Virus record (IMG/VR): IMGVR_UViG_3300035529_000008
Coordinates: 1 to 47,746 of that record
Direction: 5' to 3' (one strand)
DNA length: 47,746 bases
Source: a virus
Lineage: Duplodnaviria > Caudoviricetes
Shown: positions 47,087-47,746 of the stretch, one piece after another
Numbering within the stretch: the first letter of the stretch is position 1
Layout: every line of letters starts with the position of its first letter
Translations under genes and position numbers: made by a program
The notes under the pieces: model-generated
Database searches by the model: none
What the model saw: the letters and a program-made list of their open reading frames with translations, nothing else
What the model was told of the DNA's origin: nothing

Positions 47087-47502
47087 ATATATACATCGCC
47101 CAATATGCTGAAGTAAAATATGATAAAACTATCTGTCCTATCAGTATATCCCCTACCGTACCCGAAGGGTGGAAAGGAAAATCTTTAGATATATTTTTTC
47201 CACTACCAGATCTAGTGACTCAATTTAAAGAAAATAAAATATTGATAGGCGATTATACGAGGATATATACTAAAGAAATACTAGATAGACTTAACCCAAA
47301 AGAAGTAATTGACTATCTCATAGATACCTATAATCCGAAAGATGTAGTCATATGTTGTTGGGGAACCAAAGATACATTTTGTCATAGATATCTAGTAGCT
47401 AATTGGTTAAATAATTGGATAACTAAAAATCCAGAAATATATAACCTATCTCTAGTAAGAGATTATAAATTCAGGGATTTAGCCGATGAAAGTCAACGAT
47501 AA
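47083..47502 (+). CDS. DUF488-like protein, second paralog
   Basis: ATG at 47083 (ATGA overlap, gagga RBS); IYIAQY, ISIS..VP, ICCWG...TFCHRYLVANWL motifs. Confidence 0.75.
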   Translation: MNIYIAQYAEVKYDKTICPISISPTVPEGWKGKSLDIFFPLPDLVTQFKENKILIGDYTRIYTKEILDRLNPKEVIDYLIDTYNPKDVVICCWGTKDTFCHRYLVANWLNNWITKNPEIYNLSLVRDYKFRDLADESQR

Positions 47503-47746
47503 TAACAAAGAACAATACTTAAGTTTTCCAACCCACCAATTTGATCACCAAGTAGAAATAGACGATACTACATATACAAGTTTAGAAGTATTGAAGTCAT
47601 ATAAAGTAAATCTCAAAAAGCGTGAATTCTTAATAGCTATGTTTTGCGAATGTGAGTTATCTGATATTACAACTGATCCTTATCTAGGTAAGTTAGGTAA
47701 GTATGATAGTAAACCTTATGTAATTACTAAGATAGACAATACAACT
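47486..47746 (+). CDS. Partial hypothetical protein running off the window
   Basis: ATG at 47486 after aggga; open to the end: MKVNDNNKEQYLSFPTHQFDHQVEIDDTTY... Confidence 0.6.
   Translation, partial: MKVNDNNKEQYLSFPTHQFDHQVEIDDTTYTSLEVLKSYKVNLKKREFLIAMFCECELSDITTDPYLGKLGKYDSKPYVITKIDNTT

Noticed and set aside
1-47746. CRISPR array, tRNA cluster, IS element, DGR template or integrase
   Set aside because: No regularly spaced direct repeats, cloverleafs, transposase, reverse transcriptase or recombinase motifs were seen; the Mtd_N-like gene has no variable-repeat partner in the window

Overview
An AT-rich, densely coding segment of a phiKZ-like jumbo phage genome. It carries two virion RNA polymerase subunits: a beta-like gene at 13185-17345 and a beta'-like gene on the minus strand. 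It also has a gp181/gp182-like tail pair, a gp87-90-like virion block, inner-head-type proteins, a split family B DNA polymerase, RNase HI, a divergent GroEL-like chaperonin, a probable lysis cassette and tandem DUF488-like genes. Features the ORF track misses or that stand out: (1) an ORF-less 404-nt group I intron (1082-1485, minus) splitting the catalytic GD|YDGD motif of the beta' gene; (2) a canonical -1 slippery site (T TTT TTC) that would fuse ORFs 34236-35744 and 33793-34209; (3) two candidate structured non-coding RNAs (137-213 and 18294-18408); (4) a complete stand-alone methyl-accepting chemotaxis receptor gene in phage-like composition (43542-45560), which resembles Desulfovibrio-type receptors and suggests host-motility manipulation by a jumbo phage. 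Family assignments come from recalled motifs and synteny, not database searches.
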